DNA of 64,000 nucleotides, taken from contig RSEE01000108.1 of the NCBI GenBank assembly GCA_003971905.1, forward strand, positions 124,001-188,000. The letters are read 5' to 3'. This stretch comes from Moniliella sp. 'wahieum'. Its lineage: Eukaryota. Both the position numbers and the translations under genes were made by a program. Every line of letters begins with the position of its first letter. Within the stretch, counting starts at the first letter, position 1. The notes beneath the pieces were generated by a model. That model had not been told where the DNA came from. It was given only the letters and a program-made list of their open reading frames with translations, and searched no databases. Positions 51,868-63,100 of this stretch are shown here, piece after piece.

Positions 51868-54194
51868 TCGCGTCTCGCTAACCTTTCCTCTTCATTCTCC
51901 CTGTTGCATTCAAGCTCAGCGCTCAGAACTAGCTGCGTCAGGAACTTACATGTTACAAGAAGCTATCTCTGACTGCTTCCGTCCGGCACAGGTGAGCTTC
52001 CTGCTCTCTCGCTTTCTGTTCTCTTCCTACTTCTGACAGGAGCATACAAGAAGCTATTCTCTGACTGTTTCCGCCCTGCACAACAGTGCAATCGCCCTTA
52101 GGTAGCGTGTAGCTACTTCTTAGTTAAACGTTAACGTTTAACGGACAACCGCGATTATGGGCTCTCATTGGAGTGACCTATTCATCGTGTTCGCCCATCG
52201 ATCGCCCAGTGTACTAATAGTGCTTCGCCCTAACCCCCATTCTTTCAAGGGTGGCTGTACCTTAATATGTTCTAGACCCCCTGTTTCCCCCCTTTTTGTC
52301 TATATTCCCTTTGGTTCCCCGCTGTGAGCCAGCTTGCAATGATGTTCTCTCTCGTCTCTGAGGTATATATCGCCTCCTCTCCACTCGATAAATATGATCA
52401 TCATCCTTTTCTCCAACTCCATCTTCTGTTAATAGAGCCCCGCATCTGGTTGACCATTCCTCTCGTAACCACGCTACCGTCGCATTATAATGATAGAATG
52501 TTTGAGAGCATACAGTAGGCAACTTACATCCATGCCGAATTCCCATTGCATCCGCCATTGGCAGAACCCTTTTGTTCTATACGTTTGGGTACCGACTATG
52601 GAGACTTTAACGCTCTTAAGAACAATGGCTGCTACTAGGATCTTTGAATTCAGAAGACGAACCGCCGTGCGTGGCTCCAATTTGCCGTTCAAGGGTTTCT
52701 GCCCAAACAAACGATTCACTGACTGATGTGTGGGGCTCCCATCACCTCGGGACCCAACCCATGACTGAAGAGGTAATAGTATGAGAAGCGGCACAGATAA
52801 TCGCCTCAATCCACATTACTACTAGGAAAGCGATGCGTACTAACTACCAAGTAGTGGGACCAGGAGGATCCTGAGGATCAGGAATGAAGCTGACCACACT
52901 GGTATACCAGAACGCACCGCCTTTCGAAGGCACGGAGAAGGTTCTGCTACGACTGTTAGGCCAAGCAACAGGAGAGAATGCCGCGACAAGAACGCCAATT
53001 CCTGCGATCGCACCCTAGAATCTTTTCTGTCTTCCCCCTGGTTATGACGACGCGAGGATACGACACCATCATAAGGGCGAGTAAGATGAGTACGACGGAG
53101 CAACACACTGGAAAGAAACTTAATGAGTCCCGATGGAGATGGTTGACCGCTCGGATGTCAGCTACCACGCTCATGCGTGTACACGTGCGCTATTGCCTCT
53201 CCAGTTTGGAACCGAATGGCGAACGCCAGAGGGTCCATACCTCCTGGCGGCTCCCCTGGTTTCTTGAACGGGTTTCCGACACCAACAAGAAAAACACGCT
53301 GGATGAGCAGGTCGGTTTAGGCGTAGCGTTTCATTGTCCAAAAGTCTCAACCTCTGCAGATGGTATACTATGACTGCAACAGATCTAGAGGGATATAAGA
53401 AACGATTTTTGCGCGCCGGGCTCGCTCATCTCATCCTATATGTTTACTGACAGCTCTCGTACCCGCCCAATTAGGAGGCAAACGGTGTATGTTTCCCAGC
53501 AGATAAGCCCCCTCCCGCCCCTCTAGCTAAGGTTGGATATCGCATTACAGGTTCCGGTTACCACGGCTGAATCGTGTCTTCCTGTGGGTATACTGTGGCT
53601 GTGTGTGGCTGCAGCCACAACACACAGTATACTCTGTCTGGATCCCCAGAAAGGAGAGAGATACAGAAAACGTCACCGCGTCATGACGGATTGCCATTTT
53701 CGGCGGCTTCTAGTAGCTTTTCTGGACCATATCCTGGTCCACCACACGAGCGCTGTCCCTTCCAACGCCGCGCGAGCCTCTCCGGCTTCCCTTGTTTGTA
53801 CTATGCCAGGGCTAAAATCCGTGGCCCTCGGAGAAGTGGCCAGAGAGAGAGCACAGCGACTGCAAAAAAGAGAGGGGGTGTTGGTTGGATCCGCTCTGAG
53901 ATCTGATCAATGATCCGAATGTCTTGCGATACACCTATTAATAACTAGTAGAAGACCACCGGGCCTACGGCCCGGTCAGCTGGGGCTTCGCCCCAGCTGT
54001 GCTGCGTCGCCACCTTAGCCACCGGTCCGCCTTCGCCACCGTAGCCACCGTTCCCCCCATCGCCACCTTAGCCACCGGTCCACCGTCGCCATCGTAGCCT
54101 CCATTCCACGCTGGAGGAATTTTATCACCCATGTGCATGGCTGAGCGCGCGGGGTGGGTTGCGGGGCTGCGTCACCCGCGCAGCGAACGCAAAC

Positions 54195-55591
54195 TGTTGA
54201 CTGTGATCCTCTGGCTCCCAGTCGGTAGACCAGGTTCGCCTCGGTTCCATCGGCTTCCACGCTGACGTCCCTGCGTGTCACTGTCCCTGTGCCCTGCACT
54301 CTCTCCTGTGTGACTCACTGTCCCTGTGCCTAGTCCAGCCTCCTATATAGATGCCTCTGTACCCAGACCCAACTCTGGCTCCAATCCATCACCTTCTCCT
54401 CATCCTTCTGCCCGTCCGGCTCCCTAGGCCAACAGAGCTACAATCTGATCCCCCCGGAAGGGGAGCGCTCTTCAAGCAAGCCCACCCCCAAGCCTACAAG
54501 CCCAAGCTAAGCCGCCAAGCCCACAAGACACACCCGTCCTCCGCCCAACAACACCACCGCCACAATCGGCACCTTACCGCCACAATCGGCATACTACCGC
54601 CACAATCGGCATACTACCGCCACAATCGGCACACTCGTCCCCCACAGATGGGGCAATGATTTTTAGGGACAACACACGACGGAACAAAACGTGTCGGGTA
54701 TCGTCAACGAGACGAAATTCCTCCAACGACAAAACGGCGCAGGCGAATCGCAGAAAGCGGGGGTGGCTGCTCATCAAGTGCCCCACCCACGGCTACACGC
54801 CCCGGATTGCCAATTCATCCGGGGCACCTGGGGAAAGGATGGGGGGGGGGTCACCCAACTTCTTCCACTCCTCTTTTTCAACAACAAAGAGAACCCAAAC
54901 AGATCAAGACGGTTGACGCATAGCGCCCGTTCATTTCCCATGCCCAATGGACCCCACTGGCACCAGGCATGCGGAACCAAACAACTACCAAACGCATCCA
55001 ATTTTGATGCCAAACGACCTTGGACCGCATTTACTCCAAGTTTCCAATTTTCTTTCACTACACCTATAACTGGTGCTTTTTACTTTTGCCCACCAAATCG
55101 CTTCGGGGCGCAACCCCTACTACTTTTACTTCTAAGACTTCTACAAGCATCTGGCGGTCGCACAATACACCAACCACAAGCGCTCGGCTCGTTCAGGTGT
55201 CATCCTGGACAGCGGGGGTGTAGGCCAGTCGTGTGGCCATGCACAACTCCAGGCCATTCGTCCCGGTTGCCACTCAAGTCCTCCCCCTCTACATCCACTG
55301 GCAGGAGCTCATCCCACAACCGATGTCTCCGGGTTCCCTGGCCAGCGGGGGTGTTGACTGTGATCCTCTGGCTCCCAGTCGGTAGACCAGGTTCGCCTCG
55401 GTTCCATCGGCTTCCACGCTGACGTCCCTGCGTGTCACTGTCCCTGTGCCCTGCACTCTCTCCTGTGTGACTCACTGTCCCTGTGCCTAGTCCAGCCTCC
55501 TATATAGATGCCTCTGTACCCAGACCCAACTCTGGCTCCAATCCATCACCTTCTCCTCATCCTTCTGCCCGTCCGGCTCCCTAGGCCAACA
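54195..55591 (+). mobile_element. Non-autonomous LTR retroelement (TRIM-like), 1397 bp
   Basis: Two 240-bp LTRs (54195-54434, 55352-55591), identical by eye, with TGTTG...CAACA termini and an internal TATATA. 5-bp TSD CAAAC (54190-54194, 55592-55596). G-rich PPT-like AGCGGGGG abuts the 3' LTR. No gag/pol recognised. Confidence 0.92.
54555..54633 (+). repeat. 20-bp minisatellite (TACCGCCACAATCGGCATAC) x4 inside the LTR element
   Basis: Four near-identical tandem units are visible. Confidence 0.9.
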
Positions 55592-56227
55592 CAAACAAAT
55601 AGGTAAGCATGACGTCAAGTAAAAAGGGGGTCTGCGATATAGGGTCCTGATATCCTGGCAATCCCCCTGGTTCCTTGACCTTAGTGGCGCTTCCAAACAA
55701 CCCCCGCAAGATGAACGGTTCGGTTTAGAAGTAGCGTTCCCCCTGTCCCAGCCTTAAGCTCTGTCAATGATATGAATTCAAAAGGGAGATACGCCTGAGA
55801 CCAAATGACCTACCTGGGCTACGGGCGCCGGGCCCCAGGCCGCGTCCTACGAAGATGGGGTGATGTTCCATGAGCGGTGACCTGAACCAAGCCACAGCGG
55901 CGCTGTGCCGCACCGAGCGGTGCATGATGCATGACACAATCGGCAGCGGAGCCGGGCAGGAGGGCGCAGGCGGCGCGTGGGTCCCGTCGGCGTCTGCCGC
56001 GTCACCGGTCACCCAGCCCAAACTGGCCCGCTTGGATCGGGCCCGGGCGCAGACGGCCGAGAGCTGGCCCGCAGCTGACACACGCCCCAGGTCACACGTC
56101 ATGCACGTCATGCCGCCGCCTCGCCCGCCCGTCCACATCCGCTTATAAGTCGCCCGTCCCAGCCACCCCGGCCTTGTCCTGCCCGCCTCCGCCCCTCCCC
56201 CCTCCCCCCTCCCTTGGCCTGCACACC

Positions 56228-58079
56228 ATGCCGCTTCCCTCGATCGCTGGCCGTCCGGTGACCATCATTGGCGCTGGAACGCTCGGCCGCCGCATGGCGC
56301 TCATGTGGATGACCCGTGGCGGCGCCGTCAACCTCTAGTACGCATGCCCGGCCTTGCCCTGCTTGCGGACGCGTCCCTAACCCTCGTCTGCGCAGCGACC
56401 CCTCCTCCTCCCAGCTGCAGTCGGCCCAGAAGTACGCGCTCGGCGCGCTTCCAAGCGTCATTTCCGACCACGTCCCTGGCGGCTCCCCCGGCAAGCTCAA
56501 CCTGTTCAACCAGTCTTCTCCCTCGGCTGCCTTGGCCGACTCTTGGATGGTGATTGAGGCGGTGCCCGAGGAGATCCAGCTGAAGCACAAGGTGCTCAGC
56601 AGCATCAGCGCTGCCTCCCCTACGGATGCGATCGTCGCCAGCAACTCCTCCTCCTTCTCGGGTGCCGAGCTGCGTGATGCCATCCCCAGCTCGCATAGCT
56701 CCCAGTTCCTTTGCACGCACTACTATTCGCCTCCGGAGATCAACCTCCTGGAGATTATGCCCAACTCTGCGACCGACAAGGACATCACTCCCTTTCTTGC
56801 CAAGGTTGCTGCCGAACATGGACTCAAGCCGATTCAGGTCAAGAAGGATTCGGTTGGCTTGGTTGGCAACCGGGTATGGGCAGCGATCAAGCGCGAGGCA
56901 CTCAAGGTTGCCGCCGAGGGCGTCAGCACACCGGCCGACATTGACATTGCGCTGAACCAATTTGTTCCGGGGCTCAAACCCTTTGCTCTGATGGACAAGG
57001 TGGGACTCAACACGGTGCTGAATGTGGAAAAGCATTACCATGCTATCTACCCCAGTCTTGCCAAGGAATATGGCGATGTGCTTTCATATGTGGATGCGAA
57101 GGTGCAAAAGAACGAGTTGGGCTGGCCGACGGACAAGGGCTTCTTTGACTACGTTCCCCTCGACAAGCAGAAGCACATTCTTGTTCTCGACGTTTACAAG
57201 GGTTATGCAGCCCGTTGCTCCGTCGACGGCCGCCAAACCGAACACATTTCCCAAAATCTCCACATGCCCGATGGCGTGGTGGCCGCGCACGATGGCTCAG
57301 TCTTTGTGGGGTGCATGGGCGCGGTGCCAGCAGAGGAGGATGGGTACCTGGTCCGTGTCTTCCCACCCACCGAAGAAGGCGGGGAATGGACGACCAAGGT
57401 GATTGTCCCCAAGGGCATTGCGTTTACGCCTAAGCAGCTGGCCTTGGACGAGAAGCGCGAGAAGCTCTACTGGTCCGACCGTGAGGGCGGCCGGGTGTGG
57501 CGGTCCAACTACGACGGCTCGGAGGTGGAGATCCTGTTCCAAACCGTGCCCGACGGCACTGCGCGCCCCATCCCGGACCAGACCAAGCACTGTGTCGGCT
57601 GCACGGTGGACAGCGAAAAGGGCTGGGTGTATTGGACACTCAAGGGCCCCGCGCGCGGCGGCCACGGCTCCATTCTACGTGCGCCCATTGACCAAAAGGG
57701 CGTGCATCCATTTGAGCGCAAGGACATTGAGGTCTTGTATGAAAACCTGCCGGAACCCATCGACCTGCACTTGGCCGAGGGCGGCAAGCGGCTCTACTGG
57801 ACCGACCGTGGGGTCGGCGGCTTGTTCACCGCGCTTGTTCCAGAACAGTTGACCCCAAGCACGACGGCGACCATCAAGGAGGCTCCCAAGTTGCTTTCTG
57901 ACCATTTCCACCAGACCATCGGCCTCACCGTCGACGAAGAGGCCGGCTACATTTACGTGGCTGACCTGGGTGGCGCTGTGTACCGTACCAACCTGGATGG
58001 CTCGGACAAGATCCGCTGCCGGTCAACGGACACCAACGTGTACACGGGCCTGGCTCTCCAGCTGCCTGCATCTAATTAA
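56228..58079 (+). CDS. 3-hydroxyacyl-CoA dehydrogenase fused to a YWTD-type beta-propeller
   Basis: Rossmann IIGAGTLG, intron 56338-56395, VIEAVPE..LK, ASNSSS, catalytic THYY..LLEI, GLVGNRVWAAIKRE, PFALMDKVGL, then repeats LYWSDRE, VYWTLKG, LYWTDRG, IYVADLG in the same open frame. Confidence 0.9.
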
Positions 58080-59092
58080 TCAGCCTGCCTGTCACGGGGC
58101 GACGTCTGAACCACCTTGCACAGCCGCCTCCATTTCCTTATCGTTTCTATCGCTTCTCGGCTTCTTCCACTATCTCGCCTATCTCGACTCGTTTTCTCTT
58201 CTCTTTCGCTATCTTGACTCGGATCGTCTTCCTATCAACAAAACCCACAACTATCTTGGTTTCTCCGCTCGCGCTCGTCTAAAATCCAAAACACAACACA
58301 TGGTTTCTCGACTCAGTTTCTCGCCTCGCTTCTCGTCTCGGGTCCATTTTGCCCTTGACCCTCGTCTCGTCTCTCGCCTCGTCCCTCTCGCGCTTGGTCC
58401 TCTTTCCTTCCTTTTGGCTCGTTTCCCCTTTTCTGCTGTACCTCTTGGTCTTGCCTTGTCCCCTTTCTCTTCTATAAAACCTGCCTGTTCTTAGATCCAA
58501 TGATGATGGCCCAAGCCGCCGGCCATTCTTTCCCCTTCACCCTTCTTCTAGGCTCTCCACTTCTAGAAGGAACACCTCTCGCACCGCTCGCTCGCCCTCC
58601 CTCGCCCATCGGAGCACACTGCCTTCGCGCGTCCAGCCCCTATATCACGCAACCTCTCGCGGACCGCTGCACCTTTCGCAACCTCTACTTGCCGACCGCT
58701 GCTCAGGCTCTGCTCGACGCACCGCAAAGCATCACTCACGACCCTCCTACGTTCACGCCAGTGAGCCTTGGACTTTGGATCTGAAACGCGTTCAGTCCTC
58801 CGTGAGTACTGTCTCCGATGGGCAGGAAGGTCTCCGCCTGGGAAGCCAGCCACCCCGTCACACTGCCTGTCTGGCTGACGGGGTTGTTTGTGTCTTGATA
58901 ATAATCGTCCATCGCGTTGCCATTCATACCGTGTGTAGTTGGAACCGTGGAAGGTGCCCCGTATGGCTTGCTTGCAAACAGGGACTCGTGAATGGCAATG
59001 GGCTATTCCCTCGTGTCAGTTTTCTTGAGGCTCCGAGGTTGAGATGGCAGAAATGAACCGAGCAGCAAAAGATTTAATGGTCGATTAGTAGT

Positions 59093-59192
59093 GGTCGATT
59101 AGCTCAGTTGGTCAGAGCGTGGTACTAATATATTCCTCCTGTAGGAAGTGTTGGTGATGCCAAGGTCATGAGTTCAAGCCTCATATTGACCA
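59093..59192 (+). tRNA. tRNA-Ile(AAT) with ~26-nt intron
   Basis: GGTCGAT/ATTGACC acceptor, GCTC/GAGC D-stem, TGGTA-CTAATA[intron]A-TGCCA, ATGAG-TTCAAGC-CTCAT, poly-T terminator. Confidence 0.9.
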
Positions 59193-59653
59193 GATTTTTT
59201 TGGCGCAGCCGGGTTGGTATTTTCTGCATTGGCGTTTGACTTGGCGTCGAGGCGCAAGCCAAGCCCTCCCCCTAGTGCTCCTTGTCCATCACGACAGCTA
59301 TGCTAAGGAACATTGTCAGGCATAGATAGACGTTCGCCGCTGACCGCCGATCCCCTTCAAACCCCAGACACTGGTGCAGCAACCGCGTCAGCAGAATTGT
59401 TTCGGTTTCGCTACAAGCGCCGACGGCCGATACAGACCAGTGCTCGTCCTATGAACTCGGGATGGTGGGACTTTTCCCCTTCCCTGTCCATGCGGATGGG
59501 TACGACTTTCGCTTCGAGTGCTCGAGATGCCTGCCCTACACATAGTGGGCTCTCAGGCTGACTACCCCTTTTTCCCTTTTTCTTCGCTCTGATTTGACCT
59601 GTTCAAGACGGCAGATCCCCGTCTTGGTTATGCATTGGACGTTCGAGCGTCAC

Positions 59654-61510
59654 TTAAGCCTGGGACTCAGCCATGCGCGCCACCCACTCCAGCACCTTGC
59701 GCTGGAGGCCAGGCTTGGGACCATGGAATGCGTTCAGCGCCTCAATCAGCTCCGTGGCCGAGGGCTGGTTCGAGCCAGCACCCGGGTGCTCGCCCGCCAG
59801 AAGCGCGGCACACTCCGCCTCCGAGGGAAGGGCAAATGGGTTGTGGGTTGGGGCCCAGCCGAGCGGGCCGAGGGTCTCTGGCACGGCGTGGTCGCCGTCG
59901 TTCTGCGGGGTCAGACGCCAGGACCTCTTGTCTGGCTTGCCCTTCGAGCCATCCGTCCCTCGGGCGAGCGCGGCGTGATCAACTCCAGCTTGGGAACCGT
60001 CAACTTCATACCATACTGCGCAGCCTCCTTGCCCGACGAAAAGAAGAGAGCCAATGTCTTTCGAGTTGATCTTGTCGAGCGAGGCGGGGGACCAGGCGGG
60101 CGAACCAGTGCGCCGCTTGCCAGTCGCAGGGTCCTTCTCGAGCACATGGGTAACTCCCGTGTAGAAGTCCCTGTTCTGGCCCTTGGGCGGTGCCTTCAGG
60201 TCGCAGAACGCAGTGGCACGGCGCATGTCCACATCAAAGCTTTGCGGAAGACGCATGGAGCCCACCGCCTCAGCCATGTGACGGTGAGTGACGATCAGAG
60301 AGCGGGGACTCTTGGTCTTCAGCACCTCATGGGTCGTCTTGGCCCACGCGGCAATCGCCTCCCATGCAGCGCTCGTATTGGCAAAGTGCCCGTGCACGCC
60401 CGAGATGAGTGCTTTACCCGCCGGAGAGGCCCACGGTTCAGGCGCATACAGTTCCTCGAGCGAAGTGTAAATGGCTTGCACCCCGTGCTTGGGGTACGTG
60501 TAGAACCAAAGACGTAGTCCATCGCGACCCGCTGCGGGCCAAAGAAGGGGCTCTTGGCCATCGCGTCGGGAGCCACCTCTTCGTTTGCCGGGTCCAAGGG
60601 GTCAATGCTAAAGTCCTCCAACACGTCGTGCACGCGGGCGGAAATCGAGGGGGCAATGGGCTGGGTGGCGTCGTAGGCGGCTCCTGCTGCGTCAACTCGA
60701 GGCTCTCTTGCACTCGGGGAATCGCGGTCGAACGGACATAGTGCGTGCCCAAGCCAAGGTAATACACTTCCCATCCCGCCAGCCTGTGCCCCGTAAGAGC
60801 AAGGTACAACCGACCCCGCCATCGAGCCGGACCAAGTTGCGGGCAACGCCAACGTCGGGGAAAAAGCCGATGCCAGTCTCGGGCATGGCCCACATCGTGC
60901 GCCCGGTTACCACCCGGAACGGAATGTGAGAAGACAAGCCCACACCGCCCCCCATCGTGATACCATCGAGCAAAGCAACTGCGGTCTTGTCGTGAGGCAG
61001 GTTGGCCACGGCCGAACGGGTGGCGAACTGGCCCAGACGGGCCAGCGAGTAGTCCAATTCGTATTCCTTCTGGAAGAAACGGAGCGACTCTTCCCGTTTG
61101 CTAGGGTCCTCGCTATTCGCCGCCCGAACCACAGCCACATCGCCGCCCGAGCAGAAGGCACGGCCCTCGTGCGTCAGGACCAAGATGCCCGACGTGGTGG
61201 AGGAGAGGAAGAGGTCGAGCTCCTTGCGCAGAAGCGTAACCATAGGCAGGTTGAGCGCGTTGAGCGCCTTGGGACGGTTCAGCGTCACTGTCCGTGCATT
61301 GCCGACGGCCCTGCTGCGCACCAGCAGCTCCTCGTCGGGCAGCTTCAACGCCGCAGGAGCGCGCGCCGACGCGGTCAGCATGCGCGTTGGCGGCGCGACA
61401 CGCACGGATGCCGCGGGGAGCGCACGCGCGCCCGTGCGCACCGCGCCCAGGGCGGCGGCAGACAGAGTGGGGCGCGCGAGAGACGCAGACACGCGGCGCA
61501 GAGGCATCAT
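59654..61510 (-). CDS. EHD3: Mitochondrial 3-hydroxyisobutyryl-CoA hydrolase (crotonase family), frameshifted
   Basis: Presequence, TLNRPKALNALN, RAFCSGGDV, FFQKEYELDY, DGITMGGGVGLS, AMPETGIGFFPDVG, KSPRSL, DFYTGV..L.KD, PAWSP, FALPSE. Confidence 0.9.
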
Positions 61511-61820
61511 CTTGACGGGCGTCGGCAGCGTTGCAGTTGGCAGCGGCGGCGTCTGGCCGGCGTGGGTTAATCATTCCGTTTGTTCCCGGCGCTGCGCCCC
61601 AGGAACAGGCCGCCCCGCCCGGCGTTCCGCTCGCGGCAGTTCCGCCCGCGCCTGAAACGTTCACTCCGGTGGCTGCGGCGCTGGGTCTGTTCGGAACCCT
61701 ACCCGCGTGACAAGAAGAAAAATAATGCTGCGGCACGCAACCCTACGGCGCCTGCGCTTGCTGTGGGCGCTCGCCCGGCCGCCCCGCCTCCTCTTTTCCC
61801 CCCACCGTTCTCCAAGCAAA

Positions 61821-62582
61821 ATGGCTGACGCTGCTCCCGTGGACGTGGTGGTTTGGACGTGACCGTGGCGGCCGTGGCCGTCGTGGCCGTCGTGGCGCTC
61901 GCGGCGGCGAGAAGGAGGAGTGGGTTCCTGTCACCTCGGTTGGCCGCCTTGTCAAGGACGGCAAGATCAAGTCGATTGAGGAGATCTACCTCTTCTCGCT
62001 CCCGATCAAGGAGTACCAGGTTGTGGACCTGCTGCTCCCCAAGCTCAAGGACGAGGTCATGAAGATCCACCCGGTCCAGAAGCAGACCCGTGCCGGTCAG
62101 CGTACCCGCTTTAAGGCTTTCGTCGCCGTTGGCGACTCGGACGGCCACTTGGGTCTCGGTGTCAAGTGCGCCAAGGAGGTCGCCACGGCCATCCGCGCGG
62201 CCATCAACCTGGCCAAGCTTTCGGTTATCCCCGTTCGCCGTGGCTACTGGGGTGCTGCGCTTGGTGAGCCCCACACGGTGCCGATGAAGGTCAGCGGCAA
62301 GACGGCGTCGGTCATGTGCCGTCTCGTCCCCGCCCCCCGCGGCACGGGCATTGTTGCTGCCCCGGCCTCGAAGCGTATGCTCCAGCTTGCCGGTGTCACC
62401 GACTGCTACACCCAGTCGTCCGGCCAGACTGCACCATGGGCAACTTTATCAAGGCTACGTTTGAGGCGGTGTCGAAGACCTACGGCTTCCTCACCCCCAA
62501 CCTGTGGAACAACATCCCCCCCCTCCTACTCCCTTTGTTGAGTACTCGGCCCACCTGGCCAAGGCCGCCAAGAAGGCCCTAA
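61821..62582 (+). CDS. RPS2: 40S ribosomal protein S2 (uS5), frameshifted in the assembly
   Basis: RGG-rich N-terminus, [77 protein letters not shown]. Confidence 0.95.
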
Positions 62583-62824
62583 GTGGTGTACCGTTTCAAT
62601 GTCATTTAAAATTCCTTGCCTTGTCTAGGCCCCCCCCCTTTATTATGTGAACGGCAGATGATAGCTCGGTCTGTAGGCATTTCTAGACGACCATCGAAAG
62701 AGTGAATACGGTTGCAGGTGCTTCGGGTGGTGAGGATATTGGCTCCTGTGCTCAGTTTGAACTCGTGGCTACCGCCTATGAGGTTTCTTGATGGTGGAGG
62801 ATCCGAGTTGTAGGACAGCAAAAT

Positions 62825-62910
62825 TGGACGAATAGGGAATCGAACCCCAGACCTCACACAAATGCACAGGTGATGCGAAGCGTGCGCTCTACCAACTGAG
62901 CTATCCGCCC
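62825..62910 (-). tRNA. tRNA-Ala(CGC) with ~13-nt intron
   Basis: GGGCGGA/TTCGTCC acceptor with the G3-U70 alanine identity pair, CACGC-TTCGCA[intron]T-GTGTG, TGGGG-TTCGATT-CCCTA. Confidence 0.9.
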
Positions 62911-63100
62911 GAATATAATCTTCTAGACAGATAGCAACCTTATCAGCATGGAGCACAGAAAATCACCTGTTCACCGTGCCAATAGGGTTCGTGCGGGTAT
63001 CTCCGTCAGAGTGCTGCGCGATGACTATGACTGGAGGCACCAACCTTCCACGGCCTGCGCTTGGAACCACCTCACCACCACCTTCAACTTTTCTAAGAGG

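Larger units (their letters stand above)
53945..55650 (-). mobile_element. Putative non-autonomous Helitron-like element (3' end defined, 5' end tentative)
   Basis: On the minus strand a GC-rich hairpin ends 9 nt before CTAG, which is followed by T (canonical Helitron 3' end). Internal degenerate minisatellite at 54005-54100. Candidate A|TC 5' ends near 55637-55650. No RepHel ORF. Confidence 0.5.

Noticed and set aside
54555..54633. CRISPR-like repeats
   Set aside because: Head-to-tail 20-bp units with no spacers; a minisatellite inside a retroelement.
58563..58927. Short minus-strand ORFs between the dehydrogenase gene and tRNA-Ile
   Set aside because: No recognisable motif or consistent frame.
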